Source of the DNA: Candidatus Bathyarchaeota archaeon
GTDB taxonomy: Archaea; Thermoproteota; Bathyarchaeia; Bathyarchaeales; Bathycorpusculaceae
DNA: 64,000 bases
NCBI GenBank assembly: GCA_963827165.1
Contig: CAWGZR010000010.1
Coordinates: forward strand, 256,001-320,000
Reading direction: 5' to 3'
Shown: in pieces, positions 29,952 through 39,710 of the stretch
How positions within the stretch are numbered: the first letter of the stretch is position 1
Layout: each line of letters starts with the position of its first letter
The notes under the pieces: generated by a model
Seen by the model: the letters and a program-made list of their open reading frames with translations, nothing else
What the model was told of the DNA's origin: nothing
The model's database searches: none
Translations under genes and position numbers: made by a program

Positions 29952-30572
29952 TTAAGACAAAATTCGCTTTCCTATAAGCACGCGGAAACCGCTTCCCCTA
30001 GCAAGAACCTCGACATTACCGAAAGTCTCTTCGAAAGCAGCGGGCAAAGTTTTAGAGCCGATTTTGGAGCGAATAACCATCTGGAAGGTCCCTCTATCAG
30101 CCAACACACAGGGGGCACCTGTGATAATTGCTTTAACCGTATCCATACCTGCACTGACAGGCGGATTAGATAAAACGCAGCTGAAAACTTGGTCTTTCAC
30201 AGGCTCATAAAATTTCCCATGGTGCACTTCGGCGTTGAAGGTTTTGTTTTTTTCTATGTTTTTCCTTGCCAAGCGGACAGCCCGTATGTTCACGTCTGTC
30301 ATAACCACATGCAGCTTCGGGTTAAGCTTTGCACCAACAATTCCGACTGCCCCGTAACCGCAGCCGATGTCGAGGACACAGCCTTCCTTGGGCAGCATCA
30401 TCGATTCAATAAGCAGTCTTGTGCCTAAGTCAATGCGTCGCTTCGAAAAAACGCTCGAAGCGGTTAAAAACTCGAAGTTTCTGCCGCAAAGACAGGTTCG
30501 AACCAGCCCGAGGCGTTCCTCAGATTTGGGTGCGCCACTGAAATAATGATCCGTATCATTTTTCAGGTTCAT
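29952..30572 (-). CDS. Class I SAM methyltransferase (RsmC/MJ0882-like)
   Basis: HYFS...SVFSKRRIDLGT, VLDIGCGYG, SNPP. Confidence 0.92.
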   Translation of the reverse strand: MNLKNDTDHYFSGAPKSEERLGLVRTCLCGRNFEFLTASSVFSKRRIDLGTRLLIESMMLPKEGCVLDIGCGYGAVGIVGAKLNPKLHVVMTDVNIRAVRLARKNIEKNKTFNAEVHHGKFYEPVKDQVFSCVLSNPPVSAGMDTVKAIITGAPCVLADRGTFQMVIRSKIGSKTLPAAFEETFGNVEVLARGSGFRVLIGKRILS

Positions 30573-31578
30573 GTTTCGACCCTGTCTTCCAAACCTTTGG
30601 GTAAGTACCTCGCTCCATCAAAACACGTTCCAACCCTACCACCGCGCCATGCTTCAAATCCAAAATCTCCTCGCTTGACAAAAGTGATTTGCCCAATGCC
30701 ACAGCTTCACCTTTCAAAGTGAAAACCGCCAAAATCGAACCTTTCCTGATTCCCGCCTCAACCTGTAACACTCCAGGAGCTGTCAAATTTGCGCCGTGAC
30801 ACAGAGCGTCTACAGCTGAGTCGCGAACAACGACTTTAGGCAACAGAGAAAGCGCCTCCTCCATGGGAACGATAAACTTGTGCAGAATCGCTCCATCCTT
30901 TTTGCTTTCCCACTCGCCAAACCAGTAAGCCACATCATGCAAAGTCACCGTGGAAGTGCTGTTCTCAGTGAATGGTCCCGATCGAGTTCGGCGCAACTCC
31001 TGCATGTGTGCGCCTACGCCGAGGATTTCACCGATGTCAAAGCACAATTTTCGTATGTAAGTTCCGGCTTCGCATCCGACGAGAAAGAGAACATTGCGCC
31101 CGTCAGTTTCTAAGTAGTCGATGTAGTAGATACGCCTAGTACGAAGCTGCCGTTTAACTGAAGATCGTAGTGGCGGACGCTGATAAATCTCATCTTCGAA
31201 CTCGCCCAGAACCCGTTTGATATCTGGTTCCGCTGCGTTACCGTGAAGCTTCATAACGCAGACGTATTCTTTGCCGCTGTAGAGAAATGCCTGAACAACC
31301 TTCGTTGCATCCTCCAAGGTAATGGGTAACACCCCGGTTACTTTGGGGTCAAGGGTCCCTCCGTGCCCGATGTTGCTTACCTTCATGATTCTTTTTACCC
31401 ATGCTGCAACTTCATGGCTTGTAGGACCTGCGGGTTTGTCAAGGTTGATCGTGCCATATTTGAGGTATTCTTCGGCGGGTCTTTGCGAGGGTTGATGCCC
31501 ATATTTTGGGTTGGTGCTATCCTGTGCCTTGGTTAATAGTTCCCGTTTAATCTCCCATGGCGGCGTTGTTCTAGGCAT
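30556..31578 (-). CDS. cbf5: Pseudouridine synthase Cbf5
   Basis: LDKPAGPTSHEV, GHGGTLDPKVTGVL, GTYIR, PUA domain. Confidence 0.97.
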   Translation of the reverse strand: MPRTTPPWEIKRELLTKAQDSTNPKYGHQPSQRPAEEYLKYGTINLDKPAGPTSHEVAAWVKRIMKVSNIGHGGTLDPKVTGVLPITLEDATKVVQAFLYSGKEYVCVMKLHGNAAEPDIKRVLGEFEDEIYQRPPLRSSVKRQLRTRRIYYIDYLETDGRNVLFLVGCEAGTYIRKLCFDIGEILGVGAHMQELRRTRSGPFTENSTSTVTLHDVAYWFGEWESKKDGAILHKFIVPMEEALSLLPKVVVRDSAVDALCHGANLTAPGVLQVEAGIRKGSILAVFTLKGEAVALGKSLLSSEEILDLKHGAVVGLERVLMERGTYPKVWKTGSKHEPEK

Positions 31579-31635
31579 AAAGTGTTCAATCCTAAACTGT
31601 TGATAAGAAAAAGAAACGAGATATTAAAGCTTAAA

Positions 31636-31914
31636 CTATTCAACCTTAACGGTCTGCGTCATTTCCTGAAGTTTGCCTGCAGCCTCTAAAACCTGGGCAA
31701 CCTCGTCGTCAGACGCGCCACGTTTTACCTCTATTTTTTCTTGCAGGGGCATTACATGGTTGATGTTTACGCGTCGCCGCTTGACGCCGGTGACTTTTTT
31801 TGGTCCTGTAACCAGAACGAAGCTTTTATCCATGACATCGATAACGACGCATTTTTTGCCGTTTTCCCGACCGGCTTGCTTTACGCATATTCTTCCAACT
31901 TCTATAGCGGGCAT
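31636..31914 (-). CDS. rpl14e: 50S ribosomal protein eL14
   Basis: [26 protein letters not shown]...[11 protein letters not shown]. Confidence 0.97.
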   Translation of the reverse strand: MPAIEVGRICVKQAGRENGKKCVVIDVMDKSFVLVTGPKKVTGVKRRRVNINHVMPLQEKIEVKRGASDDEVAQVLEAAGKLQEMTQTVKVE

Positions 31915-32435
31915 CCTTAAGTCATCTCCTTGTGAAACAAACATACCGCATTCGGCAGATATAAGCGTAACATAAAATTCGTGTTTTTGAGCTATTTCCG
32001 AAGAACTATGGGTAACATATCCTCTCTGTGTTTTGGTTTATTGTGTTTGGGCGCAGAGATACCCGATAGAGGTAGAAGCGTCTGTGGAAAGAGCAGACTT
32101 TGAAGGAATTGCAAAAGTAACGTTACTAGTCAAGGAAAATGAGATCGAATTTAACTGAGGCAGTTAAAATGATGAAGTGCCAGTTGAGTCAAAACCCCAC
32201 TTTACACCATACGCCTCCTCTTTCAATGTTACTTTGACGTTATCTCAGCAACATTGGACTTTTCCAAGGGCGAATTGATGCCCAGTAGAGCGTGTTCCCC
32301 AACTGGCAAAATATACATTCACAACGATAGAATATAACATTATGTTGTCACCTAAAAGCTACAAAAAGAAAAGACACCAGCTAACATGCATGCAAAAAAC
32401 TTAAACAAGACAATGTTGACTGTATCGATACTGGT

Positions 32436-32561
32436 GCCGGGGTATCCGAGCCAGGTCTAAATAGGTGGCCAGATAAAGAAAATTTACACCTAAGATATGG
32501 AGGAGGACTTAAGATCCTCTGGCTAAGGCCTTCGTGGGTTCAAGTCCCACCCCCGGCACCA
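32436..32561 (+). tRNA. tRNA-Leu(TAA) with a 38-nt D-arm intron (32461-32498) and encoded CCA
   Basis: GCCGGGG...GAGGA-CTTAAGA-TCCTC, long variable arm, GTGGG-TTCAAGT-CCCAC; BHB-type junction GTCT/AGAT with 3-nt bulges and intron helix TAGGTG/CACCTA. Confidence 0.92.
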
Positions 32562-32681
32562 CTATGTTGAAAACCACTGGGGGTTTGTCCAGGCACAGGC
32601 GCGCAATAGACATGATTTCACCCAATTTTGCGACCATAAGAGTAAAGCCTGAGCTTAGATACTTAGTTAAGAGGGGTAATT

Positions 32682-33155
32682 TTATTTGCTGATTAGTACA
32701 GCGCATTTTGCTTGGTGGGCAACCCGCTCGCTCGTACTGCCAAGAAATAGCTCTTTGATTTTGCTATCTCCCCTGTGACCAATGACTATTAGGTCAAATT
32801 CTTCGTTTTTTGCTGTTTCAACTATCTGTAATGACGCGTCTCCTTCTTTTAGTTCTGAGGTGATTTTTAGAGTAGGCTTTAGCTTAGTTGCTCTTTCGAT
32901 TGCAATAGACAAAATTTTCTCATGCACTTTTTTAAATTCATTAATAATCGAGTTATAGCCCATTGTCTCTTGAGGCGGTCCAGACGCTTGAGACTGCTGA
33001 AACATGCTAAAGTTATATTCAAACTCTGGTGGCAACTGAAAAACGTTCAATATTAAAACAGATGCAGAAAACTTATCGGCTATTTCAAGAGCTCTATCTA
33101 AAGCCTTTTCCGAGTTTTCAGAACCATCCACACCGACTAAAATTTTTGTTATCAA
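32682..33155 (-). CDS. Universal stress protein (UspA family)
   Basis: KILVGVDGSENS...DLIVIGHRG...LGSTSERVAHQAKCAVL. Confidence 0.95.
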   Translation of the reverse strand: MITKILVGVDGSENSEKALDRALEIADKFSASVLILNVFQLPPEFEYNFSMFQQSQASGPPQETMGYNSIINEFKKVHEKILSIAIERATKLKPTLKITSELKEGDASLQIVETAKNEEFDLIVIGHRGDSKIKELFLGSTSERVAHQAKCAVLISK

Positions 33156-33401
33156 AATTAAATCCTTCTAAGCTTAATTTATGCGATTTAAGTTCATAGA
33201 CTTTTCGTGTGTGCGAGTTGACCATAATTTTAGAGATTACTCTTCAGTTTCTTACCCAAAAAGGAAATTAGTCAAAAAAAAAAATAAGGGCGGCTTCTGA
33301 CCGTTGGGTTTCCATAGAAAGCCGTTTGGTTCTAAATTTAAAATAGTGTTGCAGGTTGATTCTGGGGAATCCCATAGAATAAGGCATGGGGCAACGTTTT
33401 A

Positions 33402-34280
33402 GTGCCTAAACCGCGCACACTACACTTGATCATCGTGCAGACACCCAAGTACCACATCTATATCGAGTATAGTGAGCCTGACAAGTCCGGCTTTCGCTTC
33501 AACGTTTCCCACGTAGAACTAATAGGAAAAATCCAAGAACCTTTCGCCAACTGCGAACCTTTCTGGTTTATGGGACGTCTCCTCAACCCAATCAAAGTTG
33601 CCAAAATCGTTATCTTTTGGTCCTACCTAACAGCTGACCAGCTGCATTTACCTAACAATGAAAGTCTCATAGCAGCTAAAGACAAAAAATACCTCATCGA
33701 CAACCTCCTCAAAGGAAAAGTTAAAGGCGTTTACCTATGCACCGAGGAATTTGTGGCCGTGACCCAAAAAAAATCGGCCCTATCCCCACAAGCTCAACCG
33801 GTAGTCTTCACTCCAAATGGCATACCACGGCGAATTGTCGTTGTTTCTGGAACAGATGAAATAATGAAGCAAACCATCACTGGAGCTTTGAGAAAACTCG
33901 GCCTCGCCGCCTTAATTATGAGTGAAGAACCCGGCCAAGGCAAAAAAATCGTCGACCGCTTCGCAGACTACACCGATGTGGACTTTGCTTTGGTGTTGCT
34001 TTCGCCTGACATTTACGTTTACCCTAAGGGAGAAGAAGCGACGAAACGCGAACGAATCCCAAAGCAAGATGTGACTTTAATGTTTGGCTTCCTATTAGGG
34101 AAACTTGGAAAGGATAAAGTACTTGCCTTCTATAGGGAAAGCCCAAACTTCGCCATTCCAATAGATTTCGAAGGCGTCAAATTCACAGCCCTAGACGACC
34201 GCGATAGTTGGAAACTTACCCTCATACGAGAACTCACCAACTGCGGCTATACGGTTGATGCTGAGAGACTTTTAAGGTAA
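33402..34280 (+). CDS. Protein with a C-terminal TIR-like nucleotide-binding domain (CAP12/Pycsar TIR-like, degenerate)
   Basis: IVVVSGTDE...SEEPGQGKKIVDRF...FALVLLSPD...QDVTLMFGFLLGKLG...IPIDFEGV...WKLTLIREL. Confidence 0.8.
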   Translation: MPKPRTLHLIIVQTPKYHIYIEYSEPDKSGFRFNVSHVELIGKIQEPFANCEPFWFMGRLLNPIKVAKIVIFWSYLTADQLHLPNNESLIAAKDKKYLIDNLLKGKVKGVYLCTEEFVAVTQKKSALSPQAQPVVFTPNGIPRRIVVVSGTDEIMKQTITGALRKLGLAALIMSEEPGQGKKIVDRFADYTDVDFALVLLSPDIYVYPKGEEATKRERIPKQDVTLMFGFLLGKLGKDKVLAFYRESPNFAIPIDFEGVKFTALDDRDSWKLTLIRELTNCGYTVDAERLLR

Positions 34281-34337
34281 GATCGCAAATACTACAGAAC
34301 TATATATCAGCGCAAATCTAACAAAAAACAGCAAAGC

Positions 34338-34417
34338 GCGGTTATAATATAGTTCGGCAGGATGTCAGCTTCAACTTCCCCAAGCTGAGTACTTTGTTCA
34401 AGTCCCACCTATCGCCA
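34338..34417 (+). pseudogene. Degenerate tRNA-Gly(CCC)-like relic
   Basis: GCGGTTATAATATAGTTCGGCAGGATG-TCAGC-TT(caactt)CCCCAA-GCTGA...TTCAAGTCCC...ATCGCCA; anticodon stem intact, T and acceptor stems broken. Confidence 0.5.
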
Positions 34418-34603
34418 AAAAAAACTTCTCTAATCGGGGGATTAGAAAATGTTAGATCTGAGTTAGTATTAGTATTTTGTTGGAGAGTAAATCCCTATAG
34501 TTCTACCCAACCACACTGATATGCCACGTACCGATCTGAACTCAAATAATTCTTCTTTCTAAGCCTGAAGCTGAAACGAGACAGCTGCACGTTACATATT
34601 CAC

Positions 34604-34858
34604 CTAAAACTGGTATTCGTTTATGGATTTCAGGATCAATTGTATGAGGATATCTTCTTTTAATCGTTGGCCTGTGACTCTTTTATGCTCAATTAAATGT
34701 GCTTGTATTGCTTTGTCCATTTCAACTAAATCTGGAACAATTAAAATGTGGGTTCCGCATGAGCACTTGATAACGGGCATTCCCTCGGTTTCTTTAGAGT
34801 AGGCAAAAGGATTCACTATCTCGGTTTTATGTTGATTGTTAGTTTTCAATTTTATCAC
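34604..34858 (-). CDS. Small putative Zn-binding protein (CxCG...HxxxH), paralog of 62637-62885
   Basis: MPVIKCSCGTHILIVPDLVEMDKAIQAHLIEHK. Confidence 0.7.
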   Translation of the reverse strand: MIKLKTNNQHKTEIVNPFAYSKETEGMPVIKCSCGTHILIVPDLVEMDKAIQAHLIEHKRVTGQRLKEDILIQLILKSINEYQF

Positions 34859-35276
34859 CCTAAGGTTAGGAACAAATATTCTGTATTCAGACTGAAGTCA
34901 TCACCTAAGATAACATTTTTTGAAAAGGCCAATTAACCTGTTTAGCAGGGTAGACTTCGCAAGTTTGTGAAGCCAACTTAACAAATCTTGTCACGCGTGC
35001 TTCCCAAACAAGCTTAAATGTTATCTGTTGATTGAGTATCAGACGGTTAATGGTTCGCTCATGATTTATCCTTCTCCACGCTCATGAAAGAAGTTTTGAA
35101 CCCTTAACCTACCCCCTTTAGATTTCTGAAAATAACCAAATTGGGACCAACAATCAAAGCTGACACTGTTTTCGGTTTGGAGAACACTTGACCAGAGGAT
35201 TTACCTTTGACTCTGAGCGGTTAATGTTTAAAAGGTGCTACTAAATTGTTTTAGCAGCTACTTTGCGGTTGATTTG

Positions 35277-37874
35277 ATGGCGGATAACCAAGAGTTTCTG
35301 TCTTTGCCTGCTGACGATGTTTTAGCTAAGCTAAAGACGACTCAGTCTGGGCTGTCCTCGCAGGAAGTTCAAAGCCGCCTAGCAACCTATGGACCGAACG
35401 AGCTAGCCGAGAAGCAGAAACGCACGGGCCTCGTTGAAATCCTATACCACCTCCGAAACCCACTTGTCCTAATCCTGATTATTGCAGCTCTGATCTCTGG
35501 GGTTGTGGCGCATGACGTAAGCACCGCCGCCATAATCATCTTCATCGTTATGCTCAGCATATCCTTGGATGTATATCAAGAATCCAAGGCGGAAAACGCT
35601 GCTGAAGCGCTTAAAGAAAGAGTAACAACAAAAGCAACTGTTCTAAGAGACGGCACTAAACAGGAAGTGAAGGTTGCCGACGTTGTACCAGGAGATATAG
35701 TTTACCTAATCGCGGGGGACCTTGTTCCCGCAGATTGTCGATTAATAAGCGCCAAAGATTTGAATCTTAATCAGTCGGCTTTGACGGGTGAAGCGTTTCC
35801 AGTTGAAAAGAACGCCGCTCCACTTTCAACCGTTACTTCTGAGCTTACGGGCTGGAACAACTACGTTTTTTTGGGAACCTCAGTGGTTAGCGGAACTGGA
35901 ACAGCCGTTGTGGTTCAGACCGGAAGCCTAACCGAGTACGGTGGAATCGCTAAGGAGCTTGTGTCTAAAGCGCCTGAGACCGAGTTTGAGAAAGGACTAA
36001 GGCGATTCGGAGCCTTAATGACTGAGGTAACGCTTTTTTTGGTTGTTTTCGTGTTTTTCGTGAACGCGTTTTTCTATTCGGGTTCGCGCAGTATTTTGGA
36101 TTCTTTGCTTTTCGCTGTAGCCCTCGCAGTGGGGTTGACACCGGAGCTTTTGCCCATGATAATGTCGATTAACCTTTCCAGAGGCGCCGTGGCCATGTCT
36201 CAAAAAGGTGTTATTGTGAAACGGCTGGCGTCGATTCAAAACTTCGGCAACATGGATGTTTTATGCACGGACAAAACAGGCACGCTTACAGAAAACAAAC
36301 TCACATTAAATGCTTATGAGGATTTAGATGGGAAACAAGCTGAAAAAGTCCTAACGTACGGTTATTTCAACTGTGTATTTGAAGCAGGAATAAAAAGTTC
36401 TTTGGACGACGCCGTGCTCCAGTACAAGCAGTTTGACGTGTCGGGCATTAGCAAAATTGATGAAATACCGTTTGACTTTATTCGTAGGCGAGTTTCAGTA
36501 GTGGTCGAGTACCAGGGACAGAGATTTGTGATTTCAAAAGGGGCTCCCGAAGAAATCCTGAAGATCTGTGCCTACTGTGAAACTAATGAAGTCCTCACCG
36601 ACTTGGCAAATGTATGCCAAAGCCAGTTTGAGCAAAGATACAATGACCTCAGCGCCAAAGGATACAGGGTTTTAGCCGTCGCATACAAGAAAGTAGCTGC
36701 CGACAAAACACACTACACAATCACCGACGAAACCGACATGGTCTTTGTGGGTTTCCTCTCCTTCCTCGACCCGCCTAAAGAAAGCGCTAAGGAATCGATC
36801 GGTTTGCTGGCCCGAGATGGCGTGGAACTCAAAATAGTTACTGGAGATAACGAGTTAGTCACGAAAACAACTTGCGAACAATTGGGCTTCACCATTAAAG
36901 GAATCGTTCTAGGAAACCAAATTGCTCAACTACCCGACGATGCATTGGCGCGGGTTGTAGAGGACAACAACATTTTTGCCCGTGTGAATCCCGCCCAAAA
37001 AGACAGGGTCATCAAGGCTCTTCGTTCGAACGGGCACGTGGTGGGATATATGGGCGACGGCATCAACGACGCTCCATCCCTGAAAACAGCGGATGTAGGC
37101 ATCTCGGTGGAGAACGCCGTCGACGTTGCAAAAGAATCTGCTGACCTAATTTTGTTGCGACCCGACCTAACCGTGCTTGACCAGGGAGTTTTGGAAGGCC
37201 GCAAAACCTTCGGCAACACCATGAAATACATTATGATGGGTGTCAGCTCGAACTTTGGCACAATGTTCAGCGTCGCTGGAGCCTCTCTGTTTCTGAGTTT
37301 CCTACCCATGACGGCTATACAGATTCTATTAAACAATCTTCTCTATGACCTTTCCGAAGCTACAATACCCACAGACAACGTGGATGAAGAGTACATTGAG
37401 AAACCCAAGCGACTCGACATCTCATACATACGGAGGTTCATGGTGATCATGGGCCCAGTAAGCTCCATTTTCGACTTCGTAACCTTCTTTTTGCTGCTGG
37501 TAGTGTTCAAAGCTGCAGTTCCTGCGTTCCAAACCGCATGGTTCATCGAGTCTCTTGCAACACAAACATTTGTGGTTTTTGTGCTAAGAACCAGAAAGTC
37601 ACCATTTTATAAGAGCAAACCCGGCAAGTATCTGGTGATTAGCAGCTTATCCGTAATCGCCGTCGCTTTCATCATTCCATACACGCCTCTTAGCCAACTA
37701 TTCGGGTTCACGCCGCCTCCTACCATGTTCTACCTCGCCCTAATAGGACTAATAGCGGGCTACGTAATCCTTGTTGAAGGCGTCAAAAAATGGTTCATCA
37801 AACGCTACTCATACCTACTCGAACAAAGCTACGTTACAAAAAAAGTGAAGCCCAAAAGACAATCAGTAAGTTAA
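35277..37874 (+). CDS. mgtA: Magnesium-translocating P-type ATPase
   Basis: TGEA, LTPELLP, DVLCTDKTGTLT, IPFDFIRRR, GDGINDAP, SSNFG, NNLLYD, IPTDNVD. Confidence 0.95.
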   Translation: MADNQEFLSLPADDVLAKLKTTQSGLSSQEVQSRLATYGPNELAEKQKRTGLVEILYHLRNPLVLILIIAALISGVVAHDVSTAAIIIFIVMLSISLDVYQESKAENAAEALKERVTTKATVLRDGTKQEVKVADVVPGDIVYLIAGDLVPADCRLISAKDLNLNQSALTGEAFPVEKNAAPLSTVTSELTGWNNYVFLGTSVVSGTGTAVVVQTGSLTEYGGIAKELVSKAPETEFEKGLRRFGALMTEVTLFLVVFVFFVNAFFYSGSRSILDSLLFAVALAVGLTPELLPMIMSINLSRGAVAMSQKGVIVKRLASIQNFGNMDVLCTDKTGTLTENKLTLNAYEDLDGKQAEKVLTYGYFNCVFEAGIKSSLDDAVLQYKQFDVSGISKIDEIPFDFIRRRVSVVVEYQGQRFVISKGAPEEILKICAYCETNEVLTDLANVCQSQFEQRYNDLSAKGYRVLAVAYKKVAADKTHYTITDETDMVFVGFLSFLDPPKESAKESIGLLARDGVELKIVTGDNELVTKTTCEQLGFTIKGIVLGNQIAQLPDDALARVVEDNNIFARVNPAQKDRVIKALRSNGHVVGYMGDGINDAPSLKTADVGISVENAVDVAKESADLILLRPDLTVLDQGVLEGRKTFGNTMKYIMMGVSSNFGTMFSVAGASLFLSFLPMTAIQILLNNLLYDLSEATIPTDNVDEEYIEKPKRLDISYIRRFMVIMGPVSSIFDFVTFFLLLVVFKAAVPAFQTAWFIESLATQTFVVFVLRTRKSPFYKSKPGKYLVISSLSVIAVAFIIPYTPLSQLFGFTPPPTMFYLALIGLIAGYVILVEGVKKWFIKRYSYLLEQSYVTKKVKPKRQSVS

Positions 37875-38171
37875 CTTCGACCTTTTCCAAGTTTTTCAGA
37901 GAAGAAAGGTTTCCTCGTGACTCCAAAAGAAATTTTTTGAGAAAAGCTAAATCAAATTTCTGCTTTACATACGTACGTATAAATTGAAAATTTTAAAACA
38001 GATTTACGTTTTTTTAGGACCAAAAAAATGAAATTTAAGAGCAAAATTCTTTACAAATCCTCAGGAGTTTTTGTGGTTGTGTCGACATACGCACATATCT
38101 TTTTATGATCTGCTCAAATTAAATAAACAAACTGCCTAACATGGTGATAAATTATCGAAAAGTGTTTTCTA

Positions 38172-38297
38172 ATGGTTGAATGCCCTAACTGCGGTAGCAA
38201 GGTCAATGCGCCAGAAAAGAAAATAGAAAACCACGTTTTCTGTTTAGCAATTTACAGTTGTCCCAAATGCGGAAACCGTTTTAAAGTGTCATGTTAA
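38172..38297 (+). CDS. Small Cren7-like zinc-ribbon protein (41 aa)
   Basis: MVECPNCGSKVNAPEKKIENHVFCLAIYSCPKCGNRFKVSC*; not in ORF track. Confidence 0.6.
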   Translation: MVECPNCGSKVNAPEKKIENHVFCLAIYSCPKCGNRFKVSC

Positions 38298-38409
38298 TTT
38301 TTTTTGAGCCATTTTTTGGAGTATGCTAAAACCCAGTTGGCGACTCAGCACTTGTAGTATCATGTTGAAACAACATCGACTTATATCGTTTTATTTCATA
38401 CTTAGTTAT

Positions 38410-38545
38410 CAGTGATGAAGGAATAACTAAGGGCCAACTTGTTGAGCGGGTCTGGCAGCTAAAGGCTTGATGAGGCGTCAGGCGTCCACCACTTTTCCGC
38501 CGCATCGAGGTTAGCGCACGGCTAAATCCGCTTAACCGCAATTTT
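38410..38545 (+). ncRNA. Candidate C/D-box-like sRNA(s)
   Basis: TTATAT at 38381, GTGATGA at 38412, TGTTGA, TTGATGA at 38467; D boxes present only as CTAA variants. Confidence 0.3.
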
Positions 38546-38714
38546 TCCCCGAGAAGCCAATATCTAATCTTAAAAAGTAAATAGGTTCAACGTTCGAATC
38601 AAAAACAACCCAAAACAAGCTGTTTGAGCTCTCAACGAACTCATTTTTATACCAAAAGCCACCGCAAAAATGGCGGTAAAGCAAATAAGATTAAAAAAGA
38701 AATGTTTGTTGGGT

Positions 38715-39197
38715 TTAAGCTAAGTAGACGGTTACGTTTCCATCTTTGTCTTTGGCTGCGCGCACTTTGATTTTTCTCGGAGGCTTCTCGATGCCTCTAT
38801 TCCAGATTCTTTCATTGAGTTCTTGGCTTATGATGAGCTGAGGCAACTCTTCTTCTTCCTCTTCTTCAGAAACCTTCATTTCCAGTTTCATGTGTTTGGT
38901 GACGAAAATCTTTATCAGCTGCATGGCTCGTGATGCACGTTTGTTCGGCGGCCTAACCAATGCCCTGCCCAAGGGAATCGTATAGGTTTTCTCTTCAACG
39001 ATTTCTTCCTCTTCCTTCTTTTTGCGTTCGGGTTTGGCTTCTTCTTCCGCGGCAATTGCTTCTTCGGGCTTTGCTTCAGCAGTGGGTTCCGCCACTATTT
39101 CTTCTGGGACTTGTTCCTCAACGGTTTCTTCAACTTGTGCCGGCAGCTCTTCTTCTTGAGCAACTGTCTGCTGCTTTTCTTTGTCTTCAACAACCAT
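38715..39197 (-). CDS. rpl31e: 50S ribosomal protein eL31 with acidic N-terminal extension
   Basis: YTIPL...KRASRAM...LNERIWNRGIEKPPRKIKV. Confidence 0.95.
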   Translation of the reverse strand: MVVEDKEKQQTVAQEEELPAQVEETVEEQVPEEIVAEPTAEAKPEEAIAAEEEAKPERKKKEEEEIVEEKTYTIPLGRALVRPPNKRASRAMQLIKIFVTKHMKLEMKVSEEEEEEELPQLIISQELNERIWNRGIEKPPRKIKVRAAKDKDGNVTVYLA

Positions 39198-39212
39198 ATA
39201 TTCTTACGTCTC

Positions 39213-39371
39213 CTATGCTCTTATTTTTCTTGTTCGCCAATTTCGCCTTTGCTTAGGGTTATTCCTGACTTTGCCGTCAGTTCGGGCAATTACCCATGTT
39301 GGAACGGACGATGCCATTTTGCCAGCTTTGGCTAGCCGAAGTTTTTTGGCTGTTGGTTTAACTCTCGCCAT
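39213..39371 (-). CDS. rpl39e: 50S ribosomal protein eL39 (not in ORF track)
   Basis: [52 protein letters not shown]. Confidence 0.96.
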   Translation of the reverse strand: MARVKPTAKKLRLAKAGKMASSVPTWVIARTDGKVRNNPKQRRNWRTRKIRA

Positions 39372-39375
39372 ACTT

Positions 39376-39705
39376 TCATATCCTTCTAATTGTTGGTTCT
39401 CGCTTCCGTGATTGAAGCTGAATTAATATCTGCTTTAGCTGATCGTCGGACAGTGGAATCGGCAGTTTACCCGTTTGCGCCATCTGAATCAGCTGCAATT
39501 CAATTTGCTCCGCAAACTCCTGCTTTACCATTTTGAGGTTGTTGAGCCTTTGTTGAGCCTCAGGAGCCAATATTTTTCTAAGCAGCGCTTGTTTCTGAGA
39601 TTCTATAGATGCTTCTTCTTGGGATTGTCTTTGCTCGTCACTTACCCGACGCTGCATAGACGATAACTTTCGTCTTCGGATTTGGTCAAGCTCTTCATCC
39701 GACAT
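39376..39705 (-). CDS. PDCD5-like DNA-binding protein
   Basis: [10 protein letters not shown]...[17 protein letters not shown]...[12 protein letters not shown]. Confidence 0.93.
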   Translation of the reverse strand: MSDEELDQIRRRKLSSMQRRVSDEQRQSQEEASIESQKQALLRKILAPEAQQRLNNLKMVKQEFAEQIELQLIQMAQTGKLPIPLSDDQLKQILIQLQSRKREPTIRRI

Positions 39706-39710
39706 TGCTC

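Noticed and set aside
33402-34280. Active CBASS, Pycsar or Thoeris defence system
   Set aside because: No cyclase or partner gene, and the catalytic Glu appears to be missing
35040-35276. M-box riboswitch upstream of mgtA
   Set aside because: The M-box consensus elements are not recognisable
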